The notes beneath the pieces were generated by a model, which saw only the letters and a list, made by a program, of their open reading frames with translations, was not told the origin of the DNA and searched no databases. The position numbers were made by a program, and so were the translations under genes. Below are positions 52,662-62,751 of a stretch of 64,000 nt of DNA, piece by piece (position 1 is the first letter of the stretch; the number at the start of each line of letters is the position of its first letter). The DNA comes from Harriotta raleighana (taxonomy: Eukaryota), in contig JBNZDD010013586.1 of assembly GCA_050575255.1 (NCBI GenBank), positions 649,083 to 713,082 of the forward strand, in the 5' to 3' direction.

Positions 52662-55499
52662 CACTTTCATTGGAAAGAGGTTTAGTTTCCATTAAGTATT
52701 AATGTAATAATCCTAGCATTTGATAAAGTGCCTCATCGCCCACAAAATATACATTCAATTCACTTTACAGTATATTCTGTCAAGCTCTTTGAGCTGTCTC
52801 ATATGTGATAAGGCAGCATATCAAATGGAAGGATTATTATTATTATCATCATGCCTTTGAGATGTCGCAAAGCACTTCATAGGATATATTATAAAATGTA
52901 ATGACTGTACATTGTGGGCGAGAATAGGAGCTGCTTTCAAATCTTGCTCAGTTTGTAAATTACAACGACACTTTGAACAGGAAACAAACGGGTGTAACCT
53001 TGAAGGGTTTCGATACAACTGGAGATATCTATACTGTCCTCCCCACCCGTGATGTGGTTTCCAAATCATGAAATTAGAGCAAGTTGTAAGAAGAGGGCTT
53101 TTCGGAGCTTGACATTAGGTAAAACGAGACTGGAGATAAGCGTTTGTATTGTTTTCCCAAGGCAAAACGTGGTGCAGGGAGGAATATGCGGAGAGTACAA
53201 TCAAATTTTACTCCCTAATAATTTCTCATTCAGTTTGTAGAACCATCGCCAAAGGTAATCCTGATGACAGAGATAGAGCTGTCAGCTAATCTCATCTCCT
53301 GTACTAGTTATTACCACCTCCCCTGGTTTAGTCTTTATTCCCACCTCTGAAGGCGACCACAAATAATAATCCTTGCCACTGATAATAGCTCTTTAGCACG
53401 TCTTCAAGTCGCCTGAAAGCTTTTGGGAGGGAGGGAGGGAGGTGAGGGAGGGAGGTGAGGGAGGGAGGGAGGGAGGGAGGGGAGGGGGAGAAAAGGCTGA
53501 GCAAGGTCAGCTTTAAACAACCAATAATACAGTCCATGACCAGAGAAAAAAATTGCTACTAGAAATTGCGTGTATTTGCACAAGGCCAGTGGTTCCCATG
53601 TTGCTGCCACCACCTGGGATTCTACAGGCAAAGTAAATGGGGGAAAAAAAAACACCAGCGACAGCTGTAGTGCAGCTGTACAATGTGGATCTGGGATCCT
53701 TTGCTGGTTTCACAATGACAAGTGTGTGGTGAGTAAGTATCTTATGTCAGGCAAGTTTTTGCGATGGATGATTCACTTTAAGGTCAGCCATCAACTGGGA
53801 GTTACCGTACTGGCACAGTGAAAACCTGTCCATTTCACGTCGGCTCGAACTGCATTCAGAAGGAAATGCCTAACTGATTTTCTGTCGACATCACAAAATT
53901 CCACACAGCCATCAGTCCTGGAAATTCGGATCGAAGGGCACCGGATTTGTAAATTTGTTCACCCATGGAAAGTGAGGGTGATTTGCATTCGCCCAGCAGA
54001 AATAATTCTGCCACTTGTTACCACAGCCACGGCATGTAAAAAGTGCACTTAGATGCGCGAGAGATAATGTTTGAAAGTAACACAGCGAGGCTCCGAGTCC
54101 GCACAATCAGACATTTCACCAATTCCGTTACCACCACATCAAGAGAGATGAGATCAATCACGCTCGCCCGTACAGACCAGTATGCAAAACAGTGACTTTC
54201 CTGCATCCAAACCGCTCAGGCTTGAACATCACCTGATGCTGCAAGCAACCTGATGCTGCAAGCAACAGAGTACAGAGAACAGTGTAAAAAAGTGCTTTTC
54301 TCTGTTTAACAAAAAGGCCACTTTGAGATTACAGACCTGACAATAATGGCAGCTTTTCAGTGGGTGGCAGCACCCTAACATTTAAGGTGTCTGCGATGTT
54401 ATCTCTGCGGAATGTGCTTTAGCACTTAGGCACATCCTCCCGATGTGAAAGGCGCTATACAAATGTAATTATGTTGTTGTTTTCACCACTGTATCTTGAG
54501 GTGGATCTCCCCTGGAGATCAGAGAACTTTCATGGCCAAAAAGAAAAGGCATCGGGTCATACTGCCAACCTGCCCATGCGATACAGTGCCCTGTCACGTT
54601 GGAAAGACGCCTCAAAGCGCTTCACAGGCTTTGACTGCAAGACTGCGTGAGTTGCGTATGCAACGTCCTCAGAATCAGCCACGAAGGGAACGACCAAGTG
54701 TTTCTGGATTGGGAAAGGTGTCACATGCAAGAGTTTGCGTGTAAAAAAAAGTAGGCAGATTTCAAGGCATCGGAAAGCCTCAGGACACTCGAGAGCGACT
54801 CTCGGGTTAGCTCAATATGACCCAAGTGTAAATGAAGGAGAAAGCATTTGTTAAATGTCTCCTTTTTCCTCACTTGCTCAGCACCTCACCTCCATTCGGT
54901 GCTTGAAGCAATGACTTAGCCTCTGGGACATGCTGGAATGCAAACGTCAGCTGAAACTGGAATTTAAACAGTAGCTTGGCTTGCCAGTTTCTAGTGTAAC
55001 CCTACAGTTAAGATTACAGACTCATTGAGAAATAGCCTTAGGATGCCTGGAATCCACGCTTTCTTTACAGATAGAAATTGTGGAGGCAACATGTGCATTT
55101 GTATTCACCCAGCTCCATTTATTTCAGACTGTGTTGCTGAACTCGAAGCGAATTTAGTGGGATCAACAACAACAACACCAAAACATTACATTTATCTAAT
55201 GCCTTTCACGTCAGGAGGACATCCCAAGGTGCTGGACAGTTCAGGGATCTGCAGCCGAGCTAGTGTTTGGAATAAGGAGGGGTGAAGGGCGGGGAGAGCA
55301 AGGGTAAGAAGGTGACCAAAGGTACGGTCGAAGCAGAGGGTCTTGAAAGATTGCTGTTTTTGCAGCGCATAAATATCCAGAGAAAGTACTTTCATTGAAA
55401 TATTTCAGCAGTTTTCCCAGGTTATACCTTGAGATTGTCTTCAGTGATTTGCTTTTCAGATTTCTCATTGTCATTCTGATGATTCCGATGGAGAAAGGC
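2231..55499 (-). CDS. PREX1: PREX1 gene span (spliced; exons equivalent to human 2-21; partial at both ends)
   Basis: 20 exons with GT-AG boundaries join in frame. Peptides such as [28 protein letters not shown] and KKSTKRTKS match P-Rex1 rather than P-Rex2. Confidence 0.96.
3014..3141 (-). CDS. PREX1: PREX1 exon 20 (PDZ2), [43 protein letters not shown]
   Basis: 128 nt, tttacag| ... |gtgagt; GQCI.KVNG motif. Confidence 0.93.
5437..5720 (+). mobile_element. SINE copy containing an expanded (CA)n tract
   Basis: ggttcaattccaggcag ... ccttactccac(ac)n ... core and tail. Confidence 0.85.
6298..6420 (-). mobile_element. SINE 3' fragment
   Basis: ccttgcatttgatg ... ctcaaaacgcttcacaga. Confidence 0.75.
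6464..6657. repeat. Perfect 97-bp tandem duplication
   Basis: aagtctggtgagg...gagtgcatc at 6464-6560 and 6561-6657, no n at the junction. Confidence 0.95.
7565..7650 (-). CDS. PREX1: PREX1 exon 19 (PDZ2), [28 protein letters not shown]
   Basis: 86 nt, aatgcag| ... |gtaagg. Confidence 0.95.
9601..9918 (-). mobile_element. Near full-length SINE copy
   Basis: Reverse complement of the 38121 element, including A/B boxes and (TTA)n tail. Confidence 0.9.
10204..10352 (-). CDS. PREX1: PREX1 exon 18 (PDZ1), [50 protein letters not shown]
   Basis: 149 nt, tttctag| ... |gtgagt. Confidence 0.96.
12505..12597 (-). CDS. PREX1: PREX1 exon 17 (PDZ1), [31 protein letters not shown]
   Basis: 93 nt, cccttag| ... 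|gtaaat; GYGF PDZ loop. Confidence 0.96.
12930..13040 (+). mobile_element. SINE core fragment
   Basis: cttcaatccgcgactgtttg ... caattggcc ... tatattccgtgaag. Confidence 0.75.
14320..14500 (-). mobile_element. SINE 3' half (repeated after the n at 14545)
   Basis: (AAT)n tail and core. Confidence 0.8.
15870..16005 (-). mobile_element. SINE 3' fragment
   Basis: Tail and cgcggcagccatttgcgcacagcag core. Confidence 0.8.
16317..16459 (-). CDS. PREX1: PREX1 exon 16, [48 protein letters not shown]
   Basis: 143 nt, ttaacag| ... |gtgagc. Confidence 0.97.
16765..17010 (-). mobile_element. L2 LINE 3' fragment
   Basis: Translates to [18 protein letters not shown], an L2 ORF2 C-terminus-like peptide. 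Confidence 0.7.
17874..17936. repeat. Poly-G tract (63 nt) next to an n
   Basis: Seen directly; true length unreliable. Confidence 0.9.
18060..18132 (-). CDS. PREX1: PREX1 exon 15 (DEP2), [24 protein letters not shown]
   Basis: 73 nt, ttgccag| ... |gtaatc. Confidence 0.96.
19050..19125 (-). CDS. PREX1: PREX1 exon 14 (DEP2), [25 protein letters not shown]
   Basis: 76 nt, aatccag| ... |gtaaga. Confidence 0.96.
19926..20210 (-). mobile_element. SINE copy
   Basis: Tail, core and degenerate tRNA head in reverse orientation. Confidence 0.85.
20617..20666 (-). CDS. PREX1: PREX1 exon 13, [17 protein letters not shown]
   Basis: 50 nt, ttgatag| ... |gtaagt. Confidence 0.95.
20991..21094 (-). CDS. 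PREX1: PREX1 exon 12, [35 protein letters not shown]
   Basis: 104 nt, tttcag| ... |gtaacc. Confidence 0.96.
21302..21574 (-). mobile_element. SINE copy
   Basis: taataataatccttgcattcg ... ggaatcgaacc (B box on the reverse strand). Confidence 0.85.
23348..23448 (-). CDS. PREX1: PREX1 exon 11 (DEP1), [34 protein letters not shown]
   Basis: 101 nt, tttctag| ... |gtgagt. Confidence 0.97.
25964..26111 (-). CDS. PREX1: PREX1 exon 10 (PH-DEP1), [49 protein letters not shown]
   Basis: 148 nt, tccctag| ... |gtaagg; RRRKLS PKA motif (human S436) conserved. Confidence 0.97.
27152..27301 (-). CDS. PREX1: PREX1 exon 9 (PH), [50 protein letters not shown]
   Basis: 150 nt, tttgcag| ... |gtgagt. Confidence 0.97.
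27685..27895 (-). mobile_element. SINE copy with internal deletion
   Basis: gatgtctc|agccaattgcg junction lacks the usual intervening segment. Confidence 0.8.
29503..29808 (-). mobile_element. SINE copy
   Basis: Close match to the 9601 copy. Confidence 0.88.
30545..30660 (-). CDS. PREX1: PREX1 exon 8 (PH), [38 protein letters not shown]
   Basis: 116 nt, attcag| ... |gtaata; phase 2 in, phase 1 out; basic loop serines conserved. Confidence 0.96.
30718..30860 (-). mobile_element. SINE 3' half, close to the exon 8 acceptor
   Basis: Tail and core motifs. Confidence 0.8.
30931..35739. repeat. About 2.3-2.5 kb tandem duplication split by a single n (30931-33408 and 33410-35739)
   Basis: Identical ORFs appear twice in the track; copies differ by a few SNPs, an 8-bp indel and a 140-bp internal duplication. 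Confidence 0.95.
36712..36845 (-). CDS. PREX1: PREX1 exon 7 (PH), [45 protein letters not shown]
   Basis: 134 nt, ggccag| ... |gtgggt; keeps residues equivalent to PIP3-binding K280 and R289. Confidence 0.97.
38121..38427 (+). mobile_element. Near full-length tRNA-derived SINE with L2-type tail
   Basis: A box (cagctcagtggttaga), stem ctcgc/gcgag, B box (gggttcgattcc), central ctgtttgtgggacactgctgtgtgcaa..ggc core, tail ending ggattattatta; many copies in the window. Confidence 0.9.
39811..39972 (-). CDS. PREX1: PREX1 exon 6 (DH C-terminus), [54 protein letters not shown]
   Basis: 162 nt, ttcccag| ... |gtatga; keeps the NINE motif (human catalytic N238). Confidence 0.97.
40576..40919 (-). 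mobile_element. L2 LINE 3' fragments (two stacked tails)
   Basis: acaacaacaaaattacatttgtagagcgcctttcac tail followed by a second tail and gagttccagag ORF2 remnant. Confidence 0.7.
44853..45200 (-). mobile_element. Composite retroelement: L2 tail plus two copies of the SINE core
   Basis: gcgcctttcacgtcaggaggacgtcccaaggcgc, then gcgaaacgcggcagccaaattgcgcacagcag near 45000 and again near 45150. Confidence 0.75.
46404..46505 (-). CDS. PREX1: PREX1 exon 5 (DH), [34 protein letters not shown]
   Basis: 102 nt, gtttag| ... |gtaatt; [14 protein letters not shown] signature. Confidence 0.97.
47160..47264 (-). CDS. PREX1: PREX1 exon 4 (DH), [35 protein letters not shown]
   Basis: 105 nt, ttgtag| ... 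|gtaagc; YCSNH DH motif. Confidence 0.96.
49128..49472 (-). mobile_element. L2-clade LINE fragment, internally deleted
   Basis: Encodes [16 protein letters not shown] (RT motif) and [25 protein letters not shown] (L2 ORF2 C-terminus), then a stem-loop tail and (GTT)n. Confidence 0.88.
49700..49855 (-). mobile_element. SINE 3' half
   Basis: Tail and core motifs. Confidence 0.8.
49990..50410 (-). mobile_element. CR1-clade LINE ORF2 C-terminal fragment
   Basis: [19 protein letters not shown] and ERVQ..FTR..PG are typical CR1 ORF2 motifs; frameshifted. Confidence 0.78.
52028..52345 (-). mobile_element. Composite retroelement, same layout as the 44853 element (one core copy)
   Basis: L2-type tail, purine spacer, SINE core, then ggaag and a different upstream sequence. 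Confidence 0.7.
52427..52549 (-). CDS. PREX1: PREX1 exon 3 (DH), [41 protein letters not shown]
   Basis: 123 nt, ttctcag| ... |gtgagt; lies within ORF 52364..52612. Confidence 0.96.
52700..52921. mobile_element. Nested SINEs: plus-strand fragment (52738-52845) inside a minus-strand copy
   Basis: The minus copy is split into 52700-52737 and 52851-52921; tcatc occurs on both sides of the insert. Confidence 0.7.
53426..53481. repeat. (GGGA)n microsatellite
   Basis: Seen directly. Confidence 0.9.
55165..55347 (-). mobile_element. L2 LINE 3' end
   Basis: (CAA)n, cctttcacgtcaggaggacatcccaagg tail, [10 protein letters not shown] remnant. Confidence 0.75.
55428..55499 (-). CDS. PREX1: PREX1 exon 2 (DH domain), [24 protein letters not shown]
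   Basis: 72 nt, ctctttag| ... |gtataa; AFLHR..TE.N.K matches human exon 2. Confidence 0.9.
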
Positions 55500-57370
55500 C
55501 TAAAGAGGGAAAGAAAAAAGACTCCAATTACTTTTGTGCAAGCTGAATCTTGGGCATTGCGACTGCAAAGACAAATGAAAGCTAGGCCCACCGAAGGAAT
55601 TTCAAAACATCTTATCTAAAGCTTTATTCAACACTTTTATCTGACAGCATCTCCTTTTTGAGGTGAAGAAAAACAGGAAGCAAAGCGAACTGCATATACT
55701 GCATTGAACTCTAGGCTTATATGCCTTGTATTACAAGTTTCAGGTTTAAATTTTTGCCCAGACGTGTTGATTGCAATTGTTTAAGAAAGGGAAGGCAAAA
55801 ATAATCTGGCTGCATCTGTCCCTCGATTGATCTGGTTGAAACAAAACTACTTAAGTAAGCACATCTGGTCCTGGTCCAAGATACATTCCTGAACCGAATG
55901 CCTTTGCTGAGGGAGCAAGGGTTAAATTACGTGTTTTGTTTCCATCTGAAAGGTCTCCTCGCTGGACAAAAGAAAAGCGAAAAAGACCATTTTTGTTTGA
56001 AACAGTCGAACTCTTTTCGTTTTCTTGCCTGTGTTTGGCGGTGGGAAGGAAAGTACGGTGTTATGAATTGGTTTTTAGAAAGAAAATGCACGCGCAAGCC
56101 TCTGAGATTTGCTGTTACACTGAGACCACCACATCTTACAGTTACAGTTAACTGGCAATTTCCAGGAACGTTACAGGCTGATCATTGTGAAGCCGTCAAT
56201 TTGTGCGTCCCAGAAACACAACTTGCATTTATACAGCACCTTTCACATAGGGTATCGTTTCAGAGTGTTTCACAGGGATAGGATTGGATTTAACTGGATT
56301 TAGAGGGCATACCACATCTGTGATAATAAGCCTTGACAGAGAAAAGGATTCTGTGATTGAGTAAAATCTCAGCATTGGCATTTGAAGCATGTGGTAGCAA
56401 CAACAGAGTCACTTTTGCAATTATATTTATTAAGTGCTCCTAACATGCTTCACATCCACTTTTTTTTTTAAATTCTCAAGAAACACGAGTAGTAAGCACG
56501 AACGTTGATCTGAAACAGCTTGTTCAAGGGTTTTGGGATCGTATGATGAAGGCAATCTGAAAAATTGAAGCTATTATCAGTGTTGAGGTATTCGAATAGG
56601 CAGAAATTAGTCTTGCGTGTGTGTTTTTCTTGAGAAAAAAAAGGGCACAAACGCAAAGGCTGCCAGGGAATTGTACACAGATAGTCATGATCAAGGACCA
56701 GGCAACTTATAAAACTCCTGAATAGTTGCCTGTAAAATAAAACACGATTCTCAAAGCCACTTTAATTGGCATATTCGTTAATGGCCATAAATCCCTGGTT
56801 GGCTATGAATTAGCACAGACAGCAATGCTCACTTATCTCCCTCCCCTCTCTTTGGGGAGAGATATACTGGTTCCAATGAAACACCGGAGCAGACATCTGT
56901 TTACTTGCCTCCTGGTCACAGCCTGTGCAGTTTTTTTTTTGAAAGCCATCTTAAACAACTCAGTTATAATTTTGTTTAGTCTAATCCGAAAGCTTCGTCC
57001 ATAAAGGGAGAAAGAGACAAGTTTATCATTAAACCAGCCACAAGTTATGCAAACCTATAAGATAGCGCCTTCCTCCTTCCTTCCTCTGCCAACCACACGC
57101 ACACAAACCATCTGCCAATATCCATCAGACAAGGCACATTGGTAAAGATGCCAAACTTACAATGGATCGTGTCACTCATGCCTATGCAGAGACGATAAGA
57201 CATCTCTATCTCTCTTAGTAATGATTTTGAGCACGAGAAACAGTGACAAATGACTTTGTATCAGTCTTCTTTGAAGAGATGCGCATAGCTTAGCGAGGCC
57301 CTGTACACATGAAACTCCAAAACAAACACTCCACTCTGCTAAACCTGAGGAGTTCGTCTATGATGGCCTT

Positions 57371-57650
57371 CCTGTAGCTCAGTGGTTAGAGCATTCGCTT
57401 TACAAGCATGAGACCTGTGTTCGAATCCAGGCAAATCAGGGAGAAACCTTGGGTGTTTCCTTACTCCACATGCCTCATAATAACCCTCAAAAAAAACAAT
57501 AAAAGCACCCATTTCAATCCACGACTGGTTGTGAGACACTGCTGTGTGCAATTGGCTGCCTCGTTTCGCCTACAAGTGTACAGTCAATTCACTTTGAGAC
57601 ATCTAGAAGACGTGAAAAGTGCTATATCAAATGAGAGGATTATTATTATT
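57371..57650 (+). mobile_element. SINE copy with small internal deletion
   Basis: tagctcagtggttagagc ... ttcgaatcc ... ggattattattatt; cacttt|gagac junction removes part of the body. Confidence 0.88.
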
Positions 57651-60600
57651 CATATCATCGAGTTACATACAATTTTCTTTCAGATACACAACGACGATAG
57701 AGCAAAAGGATGTGGGTTTGGAGTGGAGAAGGACACTTTCAGGACAGATACCAGGAAGTAGGTCTTTACTCGGTGGGTAATTAATGAATATATTGTCTGG
57801 CAGGCCATTCAAACTCATTCAAAGAAGCTCATTCAACACACAAAATGCTGTGTTTGGAAAGTGTCCGGGCGAGTATTCTAGAAGGATGAGATGAGAAGGG
57901 CCAAAATGTCTTTTTCATCCAAACTCATTTTGTGATCTGGTGATCTAAGTTTGTTTCGTTGACCCGCAAATGCTGCAAAGAAGCAGTTCCTTAAAGACTG
58001 TCAATTTGCAGTGCAATCTGGATGCATGAAACAAGACAGTCAGGACAAAAATATGCAGTCAGACGTTTCTATAAAGCTGGACGGTTGTACTACCGTATTT
58101 ACTTCATAAATTACTAGAATTTTGTTTCGTTTTCCACCGCCTCGCGAAACAGGTTTGAAATTGATGGTGACAAAAAAAAATCTGTATTTTTTCCAATTAA
58201 AAGTCTTTGTTAAAAAGGGAGGGGAGTTGGGGGTAGGAGTAAGTTCCACTAAATTTGTACACTTTAGAGCGTTGCAATCATTTTTGGGGGGGCTTTTTAA
58301 AAAAAAATCCTCTGTTAATTCAAAAATAAACCAGTACCTTTGAGTTTCACTTCCTGACAGATGTTTAGTTTGCAAGCTTGTGGCTGTATTCACTGCTGCA
58401 CTTGGGCAGTGGGAAAAACTTTACACGAGCAAAACTGCTGACCTGAATAAATATGTCCGGCCAATACAGGTTCTTACACTTCCCATTTATTGTGTGTACT
58501 TGCAGCCAGGAATTCCTTCCTTTCGTGATGCCAGTCGACAAGAGTGAAGCAAGGTCCCCCACCACATGAGCACAGAAGCCTCTCACACAATTTCTGGGCT
58601 ATCCAACCGCCGCCACAACAACAACAACAAAATGACACTTGTCTGGTGCCTTTCACCTCAGGAGGACGTCACAACTTGCTGTGGTTGCACGGAAGGCTAC
58701 TGAAGCCCTCTCCGCCGCTCTGCCATCATCAGTAAAATGCTGGAACTCCGACGACAACCCTGTTCAAAGCTGCACTTAGCTCTGTTGATATTGAAGAGGT
58801 TACTGCAAGAATGACTATCCTGTTCAAAATTACAGGTTGAATTACAGATTCACCAGTTATCCTTCCTACCCCCACATCCTGAAGTCCTCGCTTATCGACT
58901 GCACTTATCGATCCCCGTCCCCCGCACCCCTCCACCACCTGCCTAGGCTCAGTCTCAGGCTCTGCCATTGTGAGATGAGGCCCGGCGTGGAGGGCTCTGT
59001 ATAAACGCAAGTTGTTGTTGATTCGTTGGGTAGATCTACAATTACGTTATGTTACACCAAACAAAATCCTCAACCACTTGAGTGATTCGATAAACAGCAC
59101 TGCCTCAGGCTACATCAATCCTATCTCTGTTCCTTGGGTTCTTAAAAAAATAGAATTTTCCATCAGTTAGTTAAAGTCTTTTGGCTGGAATGGACCATTT
59201 TCTGTGAATGGCTCACAATTGCTCCAGACATTTAGAATTGTTTGTATTGTGCAAAGAAACTGGACACAGAATTTCCTCGGAGGAATCTCCCTTTCATAAG
59301 CGAAGAATGAGCCAGTTGTAAACAGTTGCAAGTTTGCGAGGACAAACAAGCTATGTATGAAACAACATTTCCGTTGGTCACTTCCCAGAGATTTCACAAC
59401 GCTGTAAGCATGGTTAGCTGGAGGCAAACTTCCTCATTGTCTGTCCTGTACATTAGATCTTATTATAGGAAAATGTGACAATTGATGAATTAATTGTGGC
59501 TGATGTTATCTGGAACACATAAATTCCACAATCTCTAATAGAAGTCTTCAAAATTCTGACAAGTATTCAGGCTGTGTCATGAATGATTTTACGTACTGCT
59601 CAGTAAATTGGAATATGAGCAGAAATTAAATTGGAAGATTTAAGGGGGATATTTAGAGGAAACTTTCACACATTAGTCACTGTGTTTACTAATGTTTTTT
59701 CTCACAGGTGACAAATTGAGATGAGACCATTACATATCAAAATGGATTGCGATAAACATTTTGAACACAGAACAACAACAAATTTACTATTATTCAGCAC
59801 CTTTCAAGTCAGGAGAACGTCCCAAGATGCTGAAATACAAAAGGCTGTATATAAAGAGCAGTGAATTGGGATTCGGAAAGCTATTGCTCCAGTAGATGAA
59901 CTTGTACAATCTTGTCTATAAATGATCTGAATGGCTTCTTCCTACTCTGTAATTGCTATAAGGCTCAGATTCCAATAAACGCAACCCAAAAATTAGATTA
60001 CGGGAACATTAAGTTCACATTACCTTCAGCAAAGCAATCCAATTACTGTACCCCATTGTGTACTTTTTGAACAGCTTCTACAGGATAGAATGTCAGTGCT
60101 TCTAACTCAGACAAAATTAGAAGCAGAAGGCTACGTTGCCTATAACTGCGCCTACATTACAACTTTGCGCATAACTATTAGCAGTCTTCTCAGGATTTCC
60201 ATCATGTTGACCTTCCAAACCATGACTCATACAGCTCACAGATCCCAACTAAGTTACTAACAAACTACTTAAGGAAACTTGAAATGGTGACAAGTGACGG
60301 ATCACTTGTTAAGGGCCCGATGTTTAAGAATATGAAACTTCTCATCTTTTATTGCCAAATTGATGTTGCTTCCCAAATTTCAAATGATAAATCCACTGCA
60401 GACATATTGAATCAACAATGCTCCAAAGACCTTACATCAGCTGTTCAGGTTACAGTGTGAACCAACATTGGTTAAAACTCCACACGGGGAACACAAACTG
60501 AAGGCTGCTCTCATCTGCCTCCACTGCTTCAAATGGGACAACAGCGCTGAATAAATGTACGTTGTTGCAGGCAGCATCACACTGGGGTGTAGAAACTGGA

Positions 60601-61919
60601 GATAGAGAGAGAAATGGATGGATTCGGGAGAAGGTATTAATGGATTATGGGGGGAAAAAATTAGGGGAATAGGATTCAAAATTTTGTGAGATGTTTGCGC
60701 CATCAATGTTATTGGCTTTCCTGCCCTCCTTTACGTTTACTGTATCTTCTTTATAGGTAACAATTTCCAAGTTCAGTGGCTCATCAACAAACAATATGGT
60801 TGCATAAATGGGCCCACATATGCTTCTCGCGCAATGGAGGAAAGAATTAATACATTTGTATCTATAGGTTGGGTCGGGGTTCCTTCATGCTAATTCTTAC
60901 GCTGATCCAAATATTTCTGTGTGGTTAATAATCAATGCAGTTAACATTAACATAACTAGGTTCTGCTTCAATTCTTTAGAGGTCTCAGGCTGGGTTGCAA
61001 TGAAACATCAACACACAGGTGTCAAGTTTGAGGTTTCACAACAAAACAAGCGCACGATATACAGTCTGATGTGATTGTGCAGAAACTCAACTGGAAGTTC
61101 ATCTGGTCCAATAATCTGTGGGGAATTACATCCTGGTCAGCTGCATGATGCTTTACGTCACTCATTACAGGAATATACATTACATCGTCTTCAATAATGA
61201 ATGGGGCTCGCAATTCTGGAAGGAGGGGGTGGGGGAGGGAGTGCATAAAAGTGCTGCAACTCAGTGCTTTATTTTTAAACGTGCAGCCAATACACACAAG
61301 CCCGATGTCAGTCTGGTTCAAGATTTTATTACTTGACTGTAATCTTAGAAGTATTTTGATTCTATATCAGCCTGGTTCCGTTGGTAGGCAAATTTATTTT
61401 CCTACGCTTCGAAAAAATTACTGTTGCATCTAGTTTCCCTGCGAATTCTAGAAGTGACCCTCCTACCTGAACTCATTGGTTTAATTTCAGTCGCACAAAG
61501 ACCAGAACTCACATGTTATAATAATCAAGGGGGAGCTCAGTTACTGATGCAACAAAATGCACCACAGCTGTTCCTTATCATTTCACACTTTTTTTTTGCC
61601 TCCTTCAAAATCAGTGCAGAAGATCTGTGAAGCGTGTCATTGTCAAGTACTTTAACTCTCTCGTTTTTTTTTAAAAAACCCCTGGGAAAAGCGATCTCTG
61701 ATCAGTCCGATAGCTTAGCGCGCGTGTGACGCAAGCAGACCACAAAATTTTGTGAGATGTTTGTGACATCGATGTGATTGGCTTTCCTGCCCTCCTTCCA
61801 CATGCTGTATCTTCTTTCCAGGTAGCAATTTCAGAGTTCGATGGCTCATCAACAAACAATATGATTGCACAAATGGGCCCACATACGCCAAGTGTAGAAG
61901 CAGGGCTCTTGCCAAATCC

Positions 61920-62237
61920 AAACAACAACAATAACTTTATCTGACGCTCTTCACTCAGGATAGCAGCCCGGAGCGCTTGAACAGTGACGGAGCACGATGC
62001 TGAGCCACGGAGGGGGGGGGGGGGGGNNNNGGCTGGGTGGGGGGGTTAGGGGGGGTGGGTGGGGAGGGGATCGTATGCATGGATGAAGAGGAAGATCTTC
62101 AGGCGTGACCCAAAGATGGGGAAAGTGGGGGCAAGATGAAGGGAATAGAGGAAGAGTGTTCCAGAGTTACGGGGCTGAAAGCGAGGCCGCTGATGGTGGG
62201 ACGGAGGAGGGCACCATGGACATGCAGGAGGCCAGGT
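61920..62237 (-). mobile_element. Degenerate L2 LINE 3' fragment
   Basis: (CAA)n tail and gagtgttccagag ORF2 remnant; contains an nnnn gap. Confidence 0.65.
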
Positions 62238-62365
62238 GCAAACCTATGGACTATTTTTTACTTTGTTAACTTGTTTCGGGAGGGGTGTTAGTGGGGTGTG
62301 TGGAGGGGGTGGGGTGGGGGGAAGAGAGGAGTGAAAGAGTTAACAAGATCATTTTTTTTAAACAT

Positions 62366-62751
62366 AGCTCAGTGTTTAGAGCATGTTCCCCACAAGCGAG
62401 AGGATCCGGGTTCAATTTACGGGCAGGGTGAAATCTTAGGCAAGTTTCCTTCCTCCACATGTCCATGTTTACCTAGCAGTAAGTGGGAACCCGGTTGTTA
62501 GTCGATTGGCAGATTGCTTTCCGGACTAATAATCCCTTCAATGAATGAATGAATGAATAAATAAATAAATAAATAATTTGGGCATTCAATCCATGACTTC
62601 CATGTGAAATTCTGTTGTGAGTAAGTAATTGACTGCCGGGTTTGGCCCACAAAATATACAGTCAATTCACTCCACAGTATAATTCTGTGAGGCGTTTCGA
62701 GATGTCTCAACAATGTAATACAGCACCATATCAAACGGAAGGTTTATTTTT
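62366..62751 (+). mobile_element. Diverged, longer SINE copy
   Basis: tagctcagtgtttagagc head, extra internal segment and (ATGA)n/(ATAA)n, typical tail. Confidence 0.8.

Noticed and set aside
54231-54264. 17-bp tandem repeat acctgatgctgcaagca x2
   Set aside because: Ordinary slippage duplication with no sign of function.
2231-55499. Assignment as PREX2
   Set aside because: Diagnostic PH-region peptides ([27 protein letters not shown]) match P-Rex1.
58338-58400. Candidate PREX1 exon 2 or extra exon ending aag|gtactg
   Set aside because: No similarity to P-Rex1; the real exon 2 is at 55428-55499.
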